Below, in pieces: positions 62,079 to 64,000 of a stretch of DNA of 64,000 bases. Source of the DNA: Phoronis australis (Eukaryota > Animalia > Phoronida); assembly GCA_002633005.1 (NCBI GenBank), contig NMRA01000010.1:271846-335845 (forward strand), written 5' to 3'. The notes beneath the pieces were generated by a model that was not told where the DNA came from, made no database searches, and was given only the letters and a program-made list of their open reading frames with translations. The first letter of the stretch is position 1. The number at the start of each line of letters is the position of its first letter. The position numbers and the translations under genes were made by a program.

Positions 62079-64000
62079 TATATTTGGACTAGTTTAGATA
62101 ATTTCGGTGTTGCAATTTTTTGTTAGAGCTTGGAGTTGTGGCTCGTTAGGTCTTTCCCAGATGGTACGGGAGCCTTTCATACGATTTCTGTGCTACGTAG
62201 CATACCTGTGTCGTCACAACATCGTTTTCGAATCAAAGTTAACACGGAGACAACTGGATAGGGGACAAACTGTATTCTCGTTGTAGTTTGTCCAGTTCGG
62301 CATCTTACTCGTTCACAATGAAGTTGTTATCCTACTTTCTCAAGAAATTTAAGTCAATTCTGCACAATTATTGTCGTATGTTATACACGCATATAGTGAT
62401 CATGCTACTCAAGTCATGGTCGACCCCCTACTAACAACAGGGTGGTAAATGGGTGATTCGGAGGTACAAGAACAAGAACAACAGGATATACGTGGTCCAA
62501 CGGCTCAGGTGTCTGCCTAATGATCTCAAAGGTTCAAATTTCACTGGACAACGCTGCTAGACTTTTTGAGTCAGGTCTGAATCTGCTCAGCTCGGTCTTT
62601 TGTGACCTCGATTCTAACTCATAATTCAAAAAACCGAACTATGTCAAACTATTGCAAGTACATATTTTTGAAAGAAAAAATATTAGGATTGTCCAAATAT
62701 GTTTTATATTCATGTGCCATTATTATTCTCTTTACGTTACGACCTATTTAAGTCAAAATTTCATTTTTAAGAATGGTACATATAACCGTTTTAAAGTGAA
62801 AACTTCAAAATTTACCCCAAAAACACCGTTAGGAATTTTCGACTACTCATTTAGTTTGGTTTCTGTGCCAATTTTACTCGCAAAACGTACGGTAGCTGTC
62901 GTAGTCGTCCCATCTACAGTACGCAAAAAGTAATCGTTTAAAACTGGAAAGTTTCAGTGAAATCCACTCAGCGTTTTTTAGAGAACTCGTGTTCGAAGGG
63001 TTGAACTTAATTCGATTTTCTGAAACCGAGGAAAAGCCGAAAACGCAGTCAAATCCCAAAGACTTTCGATTAATTATTCACTGAAAACTTTGCTTTTGGT
63101 CAGTATTTCCAGTGCGTAGTTAACTTACTCCTCACTTATAACACTTTGTAAGCCGGGCTTCAATGACTAGAGTATAGATATGGGCTTAGTGCTACAAAAA
63201 TAGGTCCTCTCTTTCCCTGTTACCCCCCCCCCCTCTCTCTCTCTAAGTTCTTTGATAAATTTGTTCTATCCTATTGTGTTTTCCAATGCAATCATTTCTG
63301 GTTGTTGAGATACTGTCGGGATTTGCACGGAACGCTTTTTGTGTCTTCTCGATAAATTTGGAATCTGTCCCAACCCCTCGTGAATAGTTGACAGTGCTGG
63401 ACTTAAGGAAAGACAAATTTAAAGGACATCCCAAGCCGTTCTTCCAAGAGAGAATCCCGTCTGAATGGGGACCTCTTCGTATAGTAAGTTAAATTTCATT
63501 AAATTGGAAAAGTGTGACCAGTGAATTCCATCATAGTGTGACCCTTTTACAAGTGGCCTTCCTTAAGTATTACGACTCCACAAAAACAGGAAAGTGGAGG
63601 CACATTACCGATTCCATCTACAGCCCTCCCTCCCTGAGTGGGTCCGCCTTGAGAAATTATCAGTAAAAACACGAATAGAGAGGCAGCACCCGTAGGCCTA
63701 TCCCTCCAACGGTTGGACAGGGTCTATCATTCAAAAAAGGGAATGACCAGCAATTGATGCTATCAGTCAGGTTCCCAAGTATTATCATGTGATATGCTAT
63801 TTCCAAAAAAAGAAAAGAGCGAGCGACAATCAAGGCCCTTGCCAGAGAGGGCTCCGCGGAGAAATGTAGTTTAAAGTCGTCATCTTGAATATAAAAATCC
63901 AGTGAACTGATAGGCTCGGCAAAAGCTGTGCTTTACAAATTTTCTTGACTTTTTCAACGTGCACTTCGCGCTTAAACGACCCTTCCGCCGGCACGCGCTG

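Noticed and set aside
61900-62500. RFX X-box expected near a ciliary gene start
   Set aside because: Only partial matches (e.g. TTCCATGGCGA); no convincing palindrome

Overview
Repeat-dense, intron-rich animal genomic DNA, most likely from a marine invertebrate (inferred from the transposon repertoire). Two spliced protein-coding genes can be rebuilt by hand, both on the minus strand and largely missed by the ORF track. One is a complete 11-exon SAXO1/2 (FAM154)-like axonemal microtubule-stabilising gene (62078..47656, 540 aa). The other is the first three exons of a secreted protein with a degenerate Cu/Zn-SOD fold, probably a SOD-repeat (CSRP/Rsod) protein (17792..1160), which runs on towards or past the left edge. 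Most of the rest is mobile DNA: three decayed Academ transposons, three copies of a non-autonomous Kolobok element that keeps stubs of both convergent ORFs, Penelope-like elements with inverted pseudo-LTRs, several LINE 3' ends, hAT-like MITEs with 5-bp TSDs, a probable solo LTR, foldbacks and tandem repeats. A local duplication (35.2-37.0 kb / 39.4-40.8 kb) carries an unidentified exon-like ORF that is tandemly triplicated in one copy. I found no clearly novel multi-gene system. All alignments and translations were done by eye.
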